This document shows, piece after piece, positions 1 through 14,270 of a stretch of DNA of 64,000 bases. The notes beneath the pieces were generated by a model, which saw only the letters and a program-made list of their open reading frames with translations, was not told the origin of the DNA and searched no databases. Source of the stretch: Octopus vulgaris (lineage: Eukaryota); NCBI GenBank assembly GCA_951406725.2, contig OX597821.1:31372001-31436000 (forward strand), written 5' to 3'. A program made the position numbers and the translations under genes. How positions within the stretch are numbered: position 1 is the stretch's first letter; the number at the start of each line of letters is the position of its first letter.

Positions 1-312
1 TAGGTCTCTGTTGATAAAAAGAAGAGTGGTAAACATAATTTCATGGTATATACCTTATATTGCAGTAAACCACATTGATCACTCAAGTTATAGCGTCAAC
101 AGGGATAGAATAAACTACAAATATCAACTGATGACACTTAAACAAACCATCTTAAATAAGGAAGAAACATATTTTAAAACAAATATGACATGCTTCCGTG
201 TAAGAAATCCTGGGATCAGCGCTCGTGCGAAAGTGTTTGAGTGGCACTGGAAAATGACAATTACAATTATTTTACCATTACGAAGCGCGTTTTCATTATA
301 GAATATGTTTAA

Positions 313-728
313 GGTGGCGAGCTGGTAGCAATATTAGCCCATCGGGCGAAATACTTAGCGGTATTTCGCCTGCCGCTACGTTCTGAGTTCAAATTCCGCC
401 GAGGTCGACTTTGCCTTTCATCATTTCGGGGTCGATTAAATAAGTACCAGTTACGCACTGGGGTCGATATAATCGGCTTAATACGTCTGTCTGTCCTTGT
501 CTGTCGTCTCAGTGTTTAGCCCCATGTGGGTAGTAAAGAAATAGTTATTTCATCTTCCACTACGTTCTGAATTCAAATTCCACCGCGGTTGACTTTGCGT
601 TTCATCCTTTCGGGATCGACTAAATAACTACCAGTTACGCACTGGAGTCGATGTAATCTACTTAATACTTTTCTCTGTCCTTGTTTATCCCTTTTATGTT
701 TATTGCCCTTGTGGGCAATAAAGAAATG
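313..728 (+). mobile_element. tRNA-derived SINE (family B), full copy plus tandem partial copy, with 13-bp TSD
   Basis: Head ggtggcgagctgg...gagttcaaattcc (B-box-like). The body repeats from ~545. The direct repeat agaatatgtttaa lies at 300-312 and 729-741. Related copies occur at 7360, 17630 and 30158. Confidence 0.85.
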
Positions 729-1414
729 AGAATATGTTTAACATTATTATGTAATTGCTTATTATCATTCGACTTTGAATACGTTAATATAACTGCAATA
801 TTTTTTTTAGTATAACTGTATTTTGGAGAGTGCTGCAAAAATAATTAACGCTGTGAATTGCTCGTGCAAGCCTACATGTATATATATATATATATATATT
901 ATATATTAGCAGGATTATAGAAAGAAATTTTATGTATACACACGCACACATACATGTATATATATATTTATATGTTTGCATGTATATATGTGCGTGTATG
1001 TATATTGCTAGAGATATGTATCATTTCATTCTATAGCATGTAACCTTCATAAAGTTGTTTGTAAAAAGTGATTACCTTATGATGATGTAAGTGTTTTCGA
1101 AGTGACATAAACATACACTTGACATGTCGTTAAAAGTTTCCATGCAAATACAAAGTCTTGAAATATATACTTTCCAGAAAATAGAAATAAAGATGCATAA
1201 GTTTATGGAGATGCACAGAGATAAAACGCGTGTGTCATATTCATGTTCTGCCACAATATTAATCATATAATGTCTGTAACGTAATGGAGCTGAAACATGA
1301 AATGATATCAAAATAAGAAGCTGTATATTTCTCACTGAAAATTGTTGCTATCTCTAACAAATCAGATGCGCATTTATATAATATTCAATTAATATATATA
1401 TATATATATACATA

Positions 1415-1455
<41 letters not shown>

Positions 1456-1458
<3 letters not shown>

Positions 1459-2071
1459 TTTGACTTTGATTTTGATTTTTCCAGTTTCAGCTAATGAGCT
1501 GTGGCCATGCTGGGGCACCGCCATTTGGTTTGCTACACGATTTTACCTCACGGATGCTTTTTAGCAAACGCCATCTGATGCATGAGAGAGTTCGATGCAG
1601 CTGCCCTCATCTGCACCTCCTGCCGTGAAGTTGGTTCATCCGGGACACCTGACAGGAAGAGATCCAGTCCTACTTTAAAGACATCCGCATCCACACCATG
1701 CAGGTCCCTCAGGTTCTTCGGGAGGATATTGAAGAGCTGTGGGCCTCTGAAGCCCAGGCTATCACAATAGCTTGTCCTACATCTTGATGGCAAATTTGGA
1801 GTCCTTGGTACTACGCAGAGGCGTCCGGTTCTGGCATTTGTGTGACTCTCGATGCCAAAGTCTGGGACAAGTCCTTCCATAATCTTCCAAATATATATTA
1901 TGGCATATCTTTCTCGCCTACGCTCCAGGGAATAGAGCTTTAATCTCTTGAGTCTTTCCCAGTAGCTCATATGTTGCACAGAGGCTATCTTCTTCGTGTA
2001 GCTTCGTTGGATCGCCTCAAGTTCTGTGATCGACTTGACACTGGATGGTGAGCATAGCTGAGAGCAATAGT
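1456..2071 (-). mobile_element. 5'-truncated CR1/L2-group LINE 3' end (ORF2 C-terminus plus 3' tail)
   Basis: ORF 1548-1979 reads YWERLKRLKLYSLERRRERY...GPQLFNILP...FKVGLDLFLSGVPDEP, typical of a CR1-group ORF2 C-terminus. The tail ggcggtgccccagcatggccacagctc...gctgaaactgg is followed by (AAAATC)n. Confidence 0.85.
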
Positions 2072-2105
2072 ATATATATATATATACACATATATATATA
2101 TATAT

Positions 2106-2520
2106 TCACCGTTTCCTTCGTCTGCCGTAAGGCATTAATTTTCAAATACGCCAGTTAAGTCGATCTGTCTAAAATCGAAAGACGCCTGTTGTTTTTGTCC
2201 TGTTATTATTATTATTGTTTTTGGTGTTTATATTCGTATTACTTTTTGTTTTTTGTATTTATATTCGTGTAACATCGTCCGTTTTTCTGTCCTTGTTTCG
2301 TATACGTCCGATCCTTTTTCCAAGAAATCTAATGCTCGTAGCTTAGTTTTTCCTTGGGGCTGGCCGGATCGGAGCAATCTCAAGATTAATCAGCCGAAAT
2401 TCCGAGGATGATCCGTTTCTTGACTGAAGATTAGAGGCTTCGAATGACCAGTCCGTTTTTGTATCGTTTATTTGAATGTTTTGCGTTCTTGTCCCATTTT
2501 GTATTTTTATAAATATTTTT
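2106..2520. repeat. (TA)n-flanked interspersed repeat, related to 53637-53810
   Basis: Shares agcttag...ccttggggc(t/c)ggcc...gatc...ttct(t/c)gactgaagatt with 53637-53810. Both lie next to (TA)n. Confidence 0.55.
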
Positions 2521-2529
2521 ATACATATA

Positions 2530-2566
<37 letters not shown>

Positions 2567-4809
2567 TGACTTTCCAAAAATTTTAGTCTTCATACTGCTA
2601 GGAATTTGATAACAATACAATATTCAGTACGAGTGAATATTAAGAGTTACTATTTTACAACGATAGCAATAAAAGTATTATTGCATTTTCGATTAATATT
2701 AAAAGTTATAGTATAAATATGTAAATCTTTTGATTAAAAACTAGTCAAAGTAAATAAGCGATTGATTAAATGAAATATTGAATCTGAACGTAATTAATAA
2801 TCTGTATTTCGTTTAAATTATTTTTTAACCATTTCCCTGGAAAAATAAATAAAACTCAATGCAAAGCAGCTATTTTACCACTTGTTACAATTTAGGTGGG
2901 TGGTCGTCAATTAATTCTAAGATTTTAAGCATCCGATCAATTTTATACTTGTTAAATAGATATTTTTTTTTAATGTATTTGAACGTTTGTTTTCTTTTCC
3001 CGCCGAAGTTGTATCCAAATTTAATTAGATATTTCCACATGCGATGGTGATTTGATCAAACTTAATGTAAAATCAAAACAATGAAACACAATTAAGAATG
3101 ACAAAATACAAATTTATGTGTTGAAATTTTTCATTACATATTTAGGTTTAATTTATTTAAGAATCGATTTTTAAAATGTCTTAGATGAACTTAACGACAG
3201 AATTTGAAAATTGAAGTTGAAATAAACGAACTAATGAGAATAATTATATTACAACTAAAGTGCAAGAAACCTTTTAATGCGAAGACGATAATTGACACTA
3301 TTGTTATAAGAAGAATACAGTTTGAAGAAATTCAAGTAAAAGTTTATACCACGTTCATAGTTGGGTGAACCGAAGCAAATAGAGATGCATATATTTGAAG
3401 GACATGTCGGGTCACAAGAATTCAAAAATCAAATTATATCCACAGAATCTTAAATAAGTCCAATATACCCAGTTATTTATGTTCTACCTCTTGTAACAAA
3501 CTATATTATATTTTCTCTTACGAATAGTTTGAAACACGTTGAATAACAAGAGAGAGATAAATTCAGTTAAGACACAAATAGGTGGCCGTAGGATGTAGGA
3601 GCGTTAGCATACGTGATTTTCATTCACGGACCCAAAAATTTCATTGAAAATCCTGTAGATATCGATGGTAAGTTAGGAAAAGAAGGAAATAAAATTATAA
3701 ATAGCAAACGGATAATATAGACAAAAGTATTATGAAGCAGAAAAGTGCAGAAAAGATAGGTGGAGTAAGCATCTTAAAGAAAATATAAGGTATACAATGT
3801 TATATACGTATTACACAATTTTGTTTCAAGGAAGATTAATTGCAGCAATTATAAAAACAGTGACAATAAGGAAAACAAAATTATAAAATAGAATATATTG
3901 AGTTATTATCAAACGCATTCAAAATTGTAAGTTAGGTAGATGGCTTAATAGAAGATGCATGTAAAAGAGTACTTACCTGTAGGAGTGAGTTTGTGTGTAT
4001 GTAAGCATGCGTGAGAGAGAAAGAAAGAGAGACATTCTCATTCTATATCAATGACCTCGTGCCGTGATATTAGTGTTTTAATATGAGATTGTACAGTGCA
4101 TTTGGTTATGTATATGTGTATGTGTTTGCATGTTTGTATGTATATATATATATATATACACACACACATTTAATGCACAATATATGGATTTAACTAATGC
4201 AGTGGTACTCATAAAAAACCTCCATGAATGGATTAGGATAAAGAGCCAGTAGTAAACCAAAAGAAAACAAAGCTACAGCTGAAATCTTATAAATACATGT
4301 GAAATATTTCATTATTTATTATACACTCAAATAAATTGGTTTGCTATGATAAAGACTGCGAGAAATACACAAACACACACACCCACTCACGCATACACAT
4401 ATACATAAGTAACTCAATTAAGGAAAAAGACAGGGAAATTTCAATTACGCTTAGATGGTGAATATATTACATTAATGCTCAGTGAATAAATGCTCACAAA
4501 TGCTCGTAAATGCTCTATTTAAGAGAAATGCGAGATGAAATGACTTGGGTCTTACGTCGAAGAAAAGGAAAGCGGGAGGAAGAAAACAAAGTGTCCTGAC
4601 AAAAACAAATGTCGCTGAATGGCTTAAAAATAACCGCTCTGAAAAAGGAGAAAACTACAGAATGGGCAAAAACCGCCACTGCCTATGTGTATGTATATGT
4701 GATACTAGTGTGTATAAGTATTTGTATTGTGCGGAAATTGAAAGTAACATGTTTGTATATTAGGAAATGTTGCGTGGCATATAGTGTTTTTGAGTGTGTT
4801 GTGTGTGTA

Positions 4810-5281
4810 TAGGTGTGGCTTTGTGGTAAAAAGCTAGATTCTCGACCACATGGTTGCGGGTTCAGTTTAACTGCGTAGCACGTTGGACAAGTGTTTTCTA
4901 AAGGTTCGAGCCGACCGAAGCCTTGTGAGTTTCTTTTGTAGATGGAGACTGAAAGAAGCTCTTTGTATATACATACAGATGTAGATATATATATATATAT
5001 ATATATATATCTTTCTTTCTTTTTTCTTTTATTTCTTTCAGTCAGTAGACTGCAGTCATGCTGGAGAACCGCCTTTAGTCGAACAAATCTGTTGTCAAGC
5101 GATGTTGGTGGGGCGAACACAGACGCACAAACATGCACACATACACATATATACGACGGGCTTCTTTGAGTTTCCATCTACCAAATCCACTCACTATAGC
5201 CTCGGCCCGAGGCTATAGCAGAAGTCATTGAAACCTGAACTATGTGGATGGTAAGAAGGTACTTAACACACAACCACGTCT

Positions 5282-5286
<5 letters not shown>
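4810..5286. mobile_element. Two partial SINE family A copies in opposite orientation (4810-4975 +, 5030-5286 -)
   Basis: The + copy has gtggctttgtggtaa...ggttgcgggttcag...gccttgtgagt. The - copy has cagtcatgctggag...ctaccaaatccactcac. A (TA)n tract separates them. Confidence 0.75.
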
Positions 5287-5334
<48 letters not shown>

Positions 5335-7359
5335 AATGGATGATTTTTGAAATTAAAGGCAAAATTAATAGAGGTACTGGCCAGCACCAGCTCTTGCAGG
5401 AAACAAGAGTTAAAACCAGTCAAAAGTCACAAAGCACTGTACTTAATGATTGACAAAGTTCCCAGTGTAAATAATCGGACGTGCGACTTCGAATTTTCAT
5501 GCATAGCATCTTATTCGGGGCAAGATCTTTCCACATATATCTGGCCAAGTTTCGTACCGTTGGTGCTGTAAAGATGGGAGAGGGCATACAACATCTTACC
5601 ATAACCGCATTGACAGGTGTTTGATGGGATTATATGAAGAAAACCAGATTGAGTTGCGGGTGCTCAGAAGAGTTATATTCTGTTTCAATAAATTGTATTA
5701 TATACTTTTCATAAAATAAATTTGTCGATTGTATCTCCTGGAAGTCAGTCGCATAGAACTCCGCATTATACGCCTTGTATTGCTATAGACTGTGAGACGA
5801 GGGTTCTCTAGAAGACCTTTATGTGGTAGCCACATGATTCTATGAATCCATATTCTGCTCAACATGTGAAAATATACACACAGATGTACATACATGTAGC
5901 ATAAATACATACACTCACGGACTTTACATATACATATATGTGTGTGTGTGTGTTTAAGTATGTGTGTATGCGTGTATGTATATATATATCAGCGTAAGCT
6001 ATAGTTTATCAGTTGATATATATAACGGTATAACTTCTCTGCGATATAATATTTTCTCTAAATCTCTATAGTTATTATTGCATGTACTCCTACAAGAAAT
6101 ATCTAATAATTCGTGTAACGTGAATAAGGAAGACAGCTAATGTAATTTCATTTGCCAGTTGGAACAATATCAAACCTATCTTTACTCTGGACTCATCTGT
6201 TGCATTGTGCAAGCTGACATAGCATTACACCGTCCAATCCCTGTCGTCTCCAATTTAATGACGTGCGATATGCGTACTTGAAGAATTATTCTCTGAATGA
6301 GACTTTATATCATGGGTTATTTAAAAATTTATCACAGAAAGCTAATGATAAATTCATTATATCAGGCTTCTACAGCAGAAACTGTGTACTGTACTGACAT
6401 TAGATATATGTATTGATAGCTATTTGTAAGGATTAGGTGTATCTTCTTTATAGATGCTGCCTAGAATAGTGTTGTTATACAAACGATTCTCCATTACGCC
6501 TGTAATGCGCTGTCATCTGCGCCTTGTATAGACGGAAGATGGGCTTGTACAATTTCAAATTAAATATTCACCAAAGCATCTAGAAAGTAATTGTAGTAAA
6601 TTACGATTATTTAAATTCATACTCAATTATACAAACTGACAAAGTACGTGACACCAATAGAGCTGGATAATATATCGAATAACATTGCATATAAACTTTG
6701 ACCGAATATAATAGATTTGGATTGCCTGATATAGGATAATGTCAATTCAATAGAACTCGAAATTGAAAGCTAAGCTAGTAAGATAAGGCCATGACACCTC
6801 GAATTCTTACATATTCCGCTGAACTGATCGGCATGTCATTTCCATTAAGTCACCATATTCTTATGGTAGATCTTTCAAAGTAACTTAAACCCATAATGCG
6901 GTTTATTATTATTTCTCGTTGTATAGTTATTATACAAATAGATTGTTGTAGCAATGAATAATTATTTCTTTCAGTAGGCCTCAAGCCAAATGTCCGAAAG
7001 CGATCTAAATAGTCGAATAGAGTAACATCTTTATAATAGTAAACTATAATGAACAAAAACAAAGGCATCTCAACAGGTTCTGGAGATGTTCTAATTTACA
7101 GGCAACCTCCCCGGAATACCAATGTGCTTACGAACATAGCATAAAGTAAATATACTAGATTATTATGGATTATTCGATGTATTTTATCTCAGAAATAAAA
7201 TGACGCATTTATAGTTGGAGAATTTGATTATGGATAAACTTGGGCAGCATTGACCGGCGTGAGAACAAAAAGGACAACAACCAATACTTGTTCAAACAAT
7301 TTGCAGGAAGGAGTAAAGACAATCACATGCGATTATTTATCTCCATATAATTTGTAAAC

Positions 7360-7507
7360 AGGTTGCGAGCTGGCAGAAACATTAGCGCGCCGGGCGAAAT
7401 GCTTAGCGCTATTTCGTCTGCCGTTACGTTCTGAGTTCAAATTCCGCCGAGGTCGACTTTGCCTTTCATTCTTTCCGGGTCGATTAAATAAGTACCAGTT
7501 ACGCACC
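7360..7507 (+). mobile_element. SINE family B, 3'-truncated
   Basis: gcgagctggcagaaac...gagttcaaattccgccgaggtcgactttgcc...accagttacgcac is near-identical to 313-460. Confidence 0.85.
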
Positions 7508-8769
7508 TGATTTATAAACCATTCGTTTCATATTAAAGCTAGACAGACAGAGACTACCAAACACTCCATAAAGCATGTTACATCGATCCTCACAGCAACA
7601 TATGCTCACGCACTTACACACACACACACACACATACACAAACACACACACACACACACATCAGTCCAATAGGTGAACGATTCTCCTTCTTCTTCATTTC
7701 CTTATTCTTAAGTTATGTCTGATAATATCTTCAACACACCACTGACAACATCAACACCACCATCATCATTCTCACCACCGCCATCATCACCACATCACCA
7801 CCACCACCACCACAAGCATAAATATACCACCGCCAGTTTAAATACAGTACCACCAAGTCATGACACCAAACATCACCACCAATTACACCACCACAACCAC
7901 TTCATAATGATCCGCGTCGGCATTAACGCCATCATCATCATCGTGATCACCATTAGACTTTCTAATGAATTGAGATTTTATTACTACCTAGCCCCCGCCT
8001 TTTCTCAGAATGTTCTATGTTTTCGAGGGATGCATTTGATGCATCGTCATTACTTTTGAGAATTTGATTGATTTAAGAATTGGAACAATTTTTAACGTTC
8101 AAGATGTATCTGATATGTCACGGGTAAAATGTCACCGGTAGAAGCCTTCCTGTAGTTTATCCAGGCAACTCAGCGATATTTTCTTCTGCTGTCATACTCC
8201 AAATAATTATTTTGTTTAGGAGCAGCTGATCCCTGCATCTCTATGCTCCGCGTTTACTGATTTGTGAAAATTTTAATTGGGGAAAACGTTCCATTATGGC
8301 AGATGTATCTTGTACATTGTCCTAAGGCAAGATTTTAGTCTCTATATTTTAGGTTGATTTTCTGTTCTTGTTTTATCATTGGTAGGGAGGAAAATACAGT
8401 AAAACTTGCCAGCCATGCCGGCTTATTTGTGATTCGTTTATAATTCCTTTCTAACAGCAAGCTCTTGTCTGAACTTCGATCGTTGAGCTGGTAGATTTGA
8501 TAGTGTGTCGGAAAAAATGCTTATCAGCATTCCTTCAGGCTCTTTACGTTCAAACCACAAATTTTATAAAGATCAAATTTACCTGCCATTCTTTTTGGGC
8601 AGACACAATAAATGCCGGTCGAGTATAGTGGCTGATGCAACCCAGGCCGGTACCCCTAGAATTCCAGCTCTTTCTTCTTATAGACGGAACACTTATTACC
8701 ATTATTATTGCACTTCTTATCATTATTAATATTATTATTGCTGTTGTTTATGTTTATGCTGGTAAATGA

Positions 8770-9150
8770 TACTCTTTTACTTGTTTCAGTCATTTGACTG
8801 CGGTCATGCTGGAGCAACGCCCTTTAGTCGAGTAAATTGACCCCAGGACTTATTCTTTGTAAGCCTAGTACTTATTCTATCAGACTCTTTTGCTGAACCG
8901 CTAAGTTACGGGAACGTAAACACACCACCAAGCAATGGCTGGGGAACAAACACAGACACACAAACATATACACACATACATATATATACATATATACGAC
9001 GGGCTTCTTCCAGTTTCCGTCTACCAAATACACTCACAAGGCTTTGGTCGGCCCATGGCTATAGCAGAAGACACTTGCCCAAGTTTCCACGCAGTGGGAT
9101 GAACGCGGAACCATGTGGTTGGTAAGCAAGCTACTTACCACACAGCCACG
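8770..9150 (-). mobile_element. tRNA-derived SINE family A, full length
   Basis: Reverse complement of the family consensus: gtggctgtgtggtaagtagc head, cttgggcaagt core, internal CA/TA tract, gctccagcatg...tgactgaaacaagtaaaagag tail. Confidence 0.9.
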
Positions 9151-10274
9151 AAGAGAAATATAGTTTAAAGATGAAATAGCGTAGACCTGTTCATATTTAC
9201 GTGTTTCTTGAATAAAAAAAAATTAAAAAATACTGAAGTTATTACCAATGTAAAACGCACGGAAATCAATGAGCTACAAATTTTGTCATTTACATACACA
9301 TTTCGGTACGTTGCAAGTATAGAGAAAAGTAAAGTGAGCACGTGTGCACACATGTACCTAAATATGTGCACAGAGTAACATTGCATCTTGCCCATGTCTA
9401 TATTTTAATCATAAGAAGAGACTGTAAACACGTGATCAAACAGTGTTTGATATATTTTCATAAAAATATTAAACACAATCATTACCGTTTTACAGGTAAA
9501 ACATACCTAAGTAAATAAATGCATATTTTTCTAAGTGCGTGTCTTTGTGTGTGCGTGATTGTGCATGTACACATCCTTAAAAACTCATAGGATATATCAA
9601 CACATATATAATAAATATGCGTGTGTTTATGTTGTTGTCTGAGTGGTGTGTGCATGTGTGTGTGTCTGTGTGTGTCCATGTACATTCATACATATGTGAA
9701 TGTATGCATGCGTGCATACCTATGCATAGACAGAGTGAGAGAAAACGAGAGTAAGAAGCACAGAAAGAGGGAAAGAGTACGAAATGTGTTAGAGAATGTG
9801 TGAGTTCAGATTTTATCACTAAGTTCAGGGAAGGTCTCTTGAGTATTCGTGATTGCAAATAGATTTGGAATACTTTATTAGGAGCATTCTAATTTCAGTG
9901 TCTGCGCATTCCTAATTACTTCGCACCAGCATTATATTTCTAGATTAAATCACAGGAATAATTGAATTCTTTCCTCACGTCGTAGTTTGAATTTTATGAT
10001 GTTATTCTTTGTTTTTGTTTTTGTTTTTGTTTTTTTATCCCATGCAAATTTTATTACACAAAAAAGGTAAATATTGTTTTTAAGTCTTTTTTTTTTTTGA
10101 TTTGTAGTATTCTGAAAAGAAAACTAAAACTTGACAGAAATAAAACCGCGAATCGGAACTCAATATTTCTAACATTTTTATTCGTTTATATTGCAAACTA
10201 TTTCATTTTATCACCTGCTGAATCGGTTGTGTGATCTAGAACCATTTAATATGTATGGGCGTTTGATAATCTAC

Positions 10275-10322
<48 letters not shown>

Positions 10323-10435
10323 TGTGTGTATGTTTGTTTGCTTGTGTGTATGTGTGTATGTGTGCTGTGTGTGATGTGTGTGTGTGTGTGCCTGTGTGCG
10401 AGGTGTGTGTGTGTAGATATGCACACACATATATA

Positions 10436-10481
<46 letters not shown>

Positions 10482-10579
10482 TACATATATACACATTTAT
10501 TTGCATACATATGAATATATGTACCTATATATTATATATGAATCTTTATATATACATATACAAATATATCAATATAAAT

Positions 10580-10638
<59 letters not shown>

Positions 10639-11014
10639 CACACATAGATTGGTGTTTGCGTTCTATCAGGTGTAAAAGTATTTTTTTAAATAGAAATGTA
10701 AAAGCTAAACAGTAAATTCATTGAAGATTTTTTCTTTCTGTATGTCCTAGGAAATGTAATGCATACGTATATTATAACTATTTATGATGCGTATATCGAA
10801 TCGTTATGCGTATGTTTAAATATTGTACTGTGACTTTTGAATAGACATGTCGACATGTCCTAGTATAAATGCTTAAGCATGCATCACATGGCGTATATCG
10901 TTTAGTCAAATAGTAAATATGATGAACAATGTGTTTCATAAGACCTCCAGATCTTGTGGTATGAGGGAAATATTCATCAAAAAGAAGGGATATATTTATA
11001 TGCACACGTATACA

Positions 11015-11058
<44 letters not shown>

Positions 11059-11152
11059 AGAGTTTACGAAAAATACAAAAGACGAAGACAGGTGGTGTAC
11101 AAAACTATAACGCTCAGGAATAGAAAAAATTCTGTTACGTTTCGATCCTACG

Positions 11153-11209
<57 letters not shown>

Positions 11210-11343
11210 TATATGTAAATCAGACGGGTATGTTCGACTTTTAGTGCTCTCAAATTTAAATTTATAGTAGTGGAAATAGTTAAATTCTTTGGCTGCTATT
11301 TCTAAAAGTTCGGTGTGTGGTAAAGCAATTTTTGGGTGAACCC

Positions 11344-11402
<59 letters not shown>

Positions 11403-11561
11403 CCACAACGCCATCTCTTCGGATTTCCATCTCGGCATCCGAAACTCAGAGTTTTATCTTGGCTCTTGAATAATTGTCACATTATTTTACTGATACATTT
11501 CCTCTATTTACATAATATTGAGGTATCTTTCTTTCTTTTGTTCTCTTACCGTTTTTACCAA

Positions 11562-11684
<123 letters not shown>

Positions 11685-12307
11685 TTTTTGTGTGTGTGTA
11701 TAGTACGAACCAACCTCTATAACTCCTGGAAGTAAAGTAGATGAGCTGTGAATTTTCTTCTCCTGTCTGTATTTTCTGTCTACTGTTTTTTTCTCTCTTT
11801 ATTCTTCTATCTACTATTTTATTCCGTTATTAACTGTTATTTCTCTGTCAAGAACTTTCATACATACCCTCCTTGTCTCTAATGACGGAATACCTAGTGT
11901 ATGGAGTTGCTAACTCATCACTTGACATATTCCAGAAACCGCTCTAAGAATCAAATAATTAATTAACTAATTAGTTAAATAATTAATGCAAATTCACCTT
12001 ACTCTAATTGGATTTTCAAAATTACTTGAGATACTCGTACTACCTTGGTTTCTTTTCGTTCTTTTACTCTAATGTATATATATATATATATATATACATA
12101 TATAATTTGGTTAAAAGATAGTTCGTTTCCATGGTTTTGTTTTACCTTTTTGTTTCTCATTGTGGATTTTTTATGTCCTGTTCCCATATATGCATGTATA
12201 TATACGTAAAGATATAGGTATGTACATATATGTATGCATATATGCATATATTTATATATTATTTATATTATTATATGATCGAACGCCACGCATCCTTTTC
12301 CAAGTAT

Positions 12308-12365
<58 letters not shown>

Positions 12366-12367
<2 letters not shown>

Positions 12368-12859
12368 ACAATTGAGGGTAAAATTAATTAGTTATTAATC
12401 AATTTCACCAAGCATTCAGTATATAAAAGGACCATTTAAGGCGAATTCAAAATATTACATTATATAATTAGGGCTTAGTAAAATAAATTACTTTGCCACA
12501 TACTGAACTTGCTAGAAATAGCAGCCAAAAAAAAAAAAACGGGTCATCTGAGGTGATAAGTCGCCAAAGGGTATGTTCTTTCTTTTTAGTGCTTCCAAAT
12601 CCAAAATAAGAAATATTGAGCTGACGAAAGAAATGCTGAGTTTATTTGGCTAATCTAGAAACGTTAACGTTCTCAAATAATCTTTGTACTTGTGATATTT
12701 TTCTGTTTTTACCTCCATACCTTCGTGAGTTATTTTGAGTAAACATTATCTGAGAGAAATGTTCTTTAAGTAGTGGAAATGGCAAAAAAAACTTTTTTTG
12801 GCTGCTATTTCTAGCAAGTTCAGTATGTGGCAAAGTAATTTATTTTACTAAGCCCTAAT

Positions 12860-12867
<8 letters not shown>
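12366..12867 (+). mobile_element. (TA)n-flanked Penelope-like/retrozyme insert with 75-bp inverted repeat and a hammerhead
   Basis: Inverted repeat at 12459-12533 / 12793-12867. Internal HHR at 12616-12676. A related fragment lies at 11220-11350. Confidence 0.7.
12616..12676 (+). ncRNA. Type I hammerhead ribozyme
   Basis: ttgag-CTGACGA-a[aga...tct]a-GAAA-cgttaacg-TT-ctcaa: 5-bp stem I, intact core, palindromic stem III, GUU cleavage triplet. Confidence 0.8.
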
Positions 12868-12930
<63 letters not shown>

Positions 12931-12974
12931 GATACACACAAATGTCTGTGCTTATGTTTATGTGTGTGCGTGCA

Positions 12975-14270
12975 AAATACCTTTTCTCAACATCAAATAT
13001 AGGTACGAAAGTTTAGGCCTATCTAACTTATCCGTTATTTTAAAAACTACACATTAGAAAGGTGAGATGTAACATAAATAATGTTGGCAAGTCTTAGGCG
13101 AAATATCTAATAACACTCTCACGACCTGTCTTCAGACGTTTCAAATATACCCTGCGTATGCGAATACAGATGGGATGACCTACGTGTCTCCTTATTCTTT
13201 GCATTACGCGTATCACAACGAGGTTGATGTAGTTTAACGAATATAACTTCAAGAAAATATACGTTATCTTGCACCTGAAAGTACCTAACTTACCTTCACA
13301 TGGAACTATTTCAAGGGCAAGGACAGTTGCAGAAATATATAGAGAATTATCGATAGTCATGTATCCACCTATCACAAAAATCAGGTATAGTAGTCTGTAT
13401 TATATGGAACTTTAGCTTTAGTCAATTTCAACATGTTGGTGTAGGAAACTCAGAATCTGGAGAAACAAACTCACCTTTGGTATGCAAGTCAATCCCTTGC
13501 TCAGGATACAATAAGTTATGTCTAGGCGTTAGAGGATATCTCCAACAGGAAATTCATTCATATGAAGATGCGCATCATGCGGAGCAATGAACTCATATTT
13601 TAAAGGTACACTGCTTTTTTTAAAAAATGAAGGCTTATTCTACATCAACTTCGATCGACTGGCTATATGGTGGAACTTTTGTCTCATAGTTTTGTCGTAT
13701 GTTGTAAGATCCTGTCCATAGTTTTGTAGATGAGATAACAACTGGATGAAGAAATGTACACATGAGCAATACTTTTAGCATTGGTTGAAATATTCATTTC
13801 AGTGGAAAGTCTAAGATGCATAGCATAACTAAGTAAGGCAGTAAAGGGCTTGCTAAAGAATAAAGGTCACTCGAGGCCCTAATCAAATATCTGGCAGAGC
13901 AATAGTAGAATATCCACCGATAAGTTTTAATGCAGAAACTTATCAAAGAAAATGCATAATACCTTTTCTCAATATGAAATATAGATACGAAATTTTAGGC
14001 GTATCTAACTCACCTGTTATTGAGAAAAAATACTAAATTAACTTCACAGCGACTACACACCAGATTACTGAAATGTAACAACCTATAATTTTGTAACGTC
14101 AGCAAGTCTTTCGTGAAATGTCCAATAACACTTTAACGTCCTGACTTGCTAGACTAACATTATGATTGTTTGAGACCTGTCAAAGAGACATTGCGCATGT
14201 GAGTATACGTAGGATGACCTACGCGTCTCCTTATTCTTTGCGTTACGCGAATCACAACGACGTTCATGTG
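12975..14270. repeat. Diverged local duplication (~12975-13230 vs ~13958-14270)
   Basis: The blocks ccttttctcaa...acgaaa.tttaggc.tatctaact and ggatgacctacg.gtctccttattctttgc.ttacgcg.atcacaacga occur in both. Confidence 0.75.

Noticed and set aside
2420-2455. Hammerhead at CTGAAGA (also 53755)
   Set aside because: GAAA is altered (GAAT/CAAA) and stems I and II cannot be formed convincingly in either copy.
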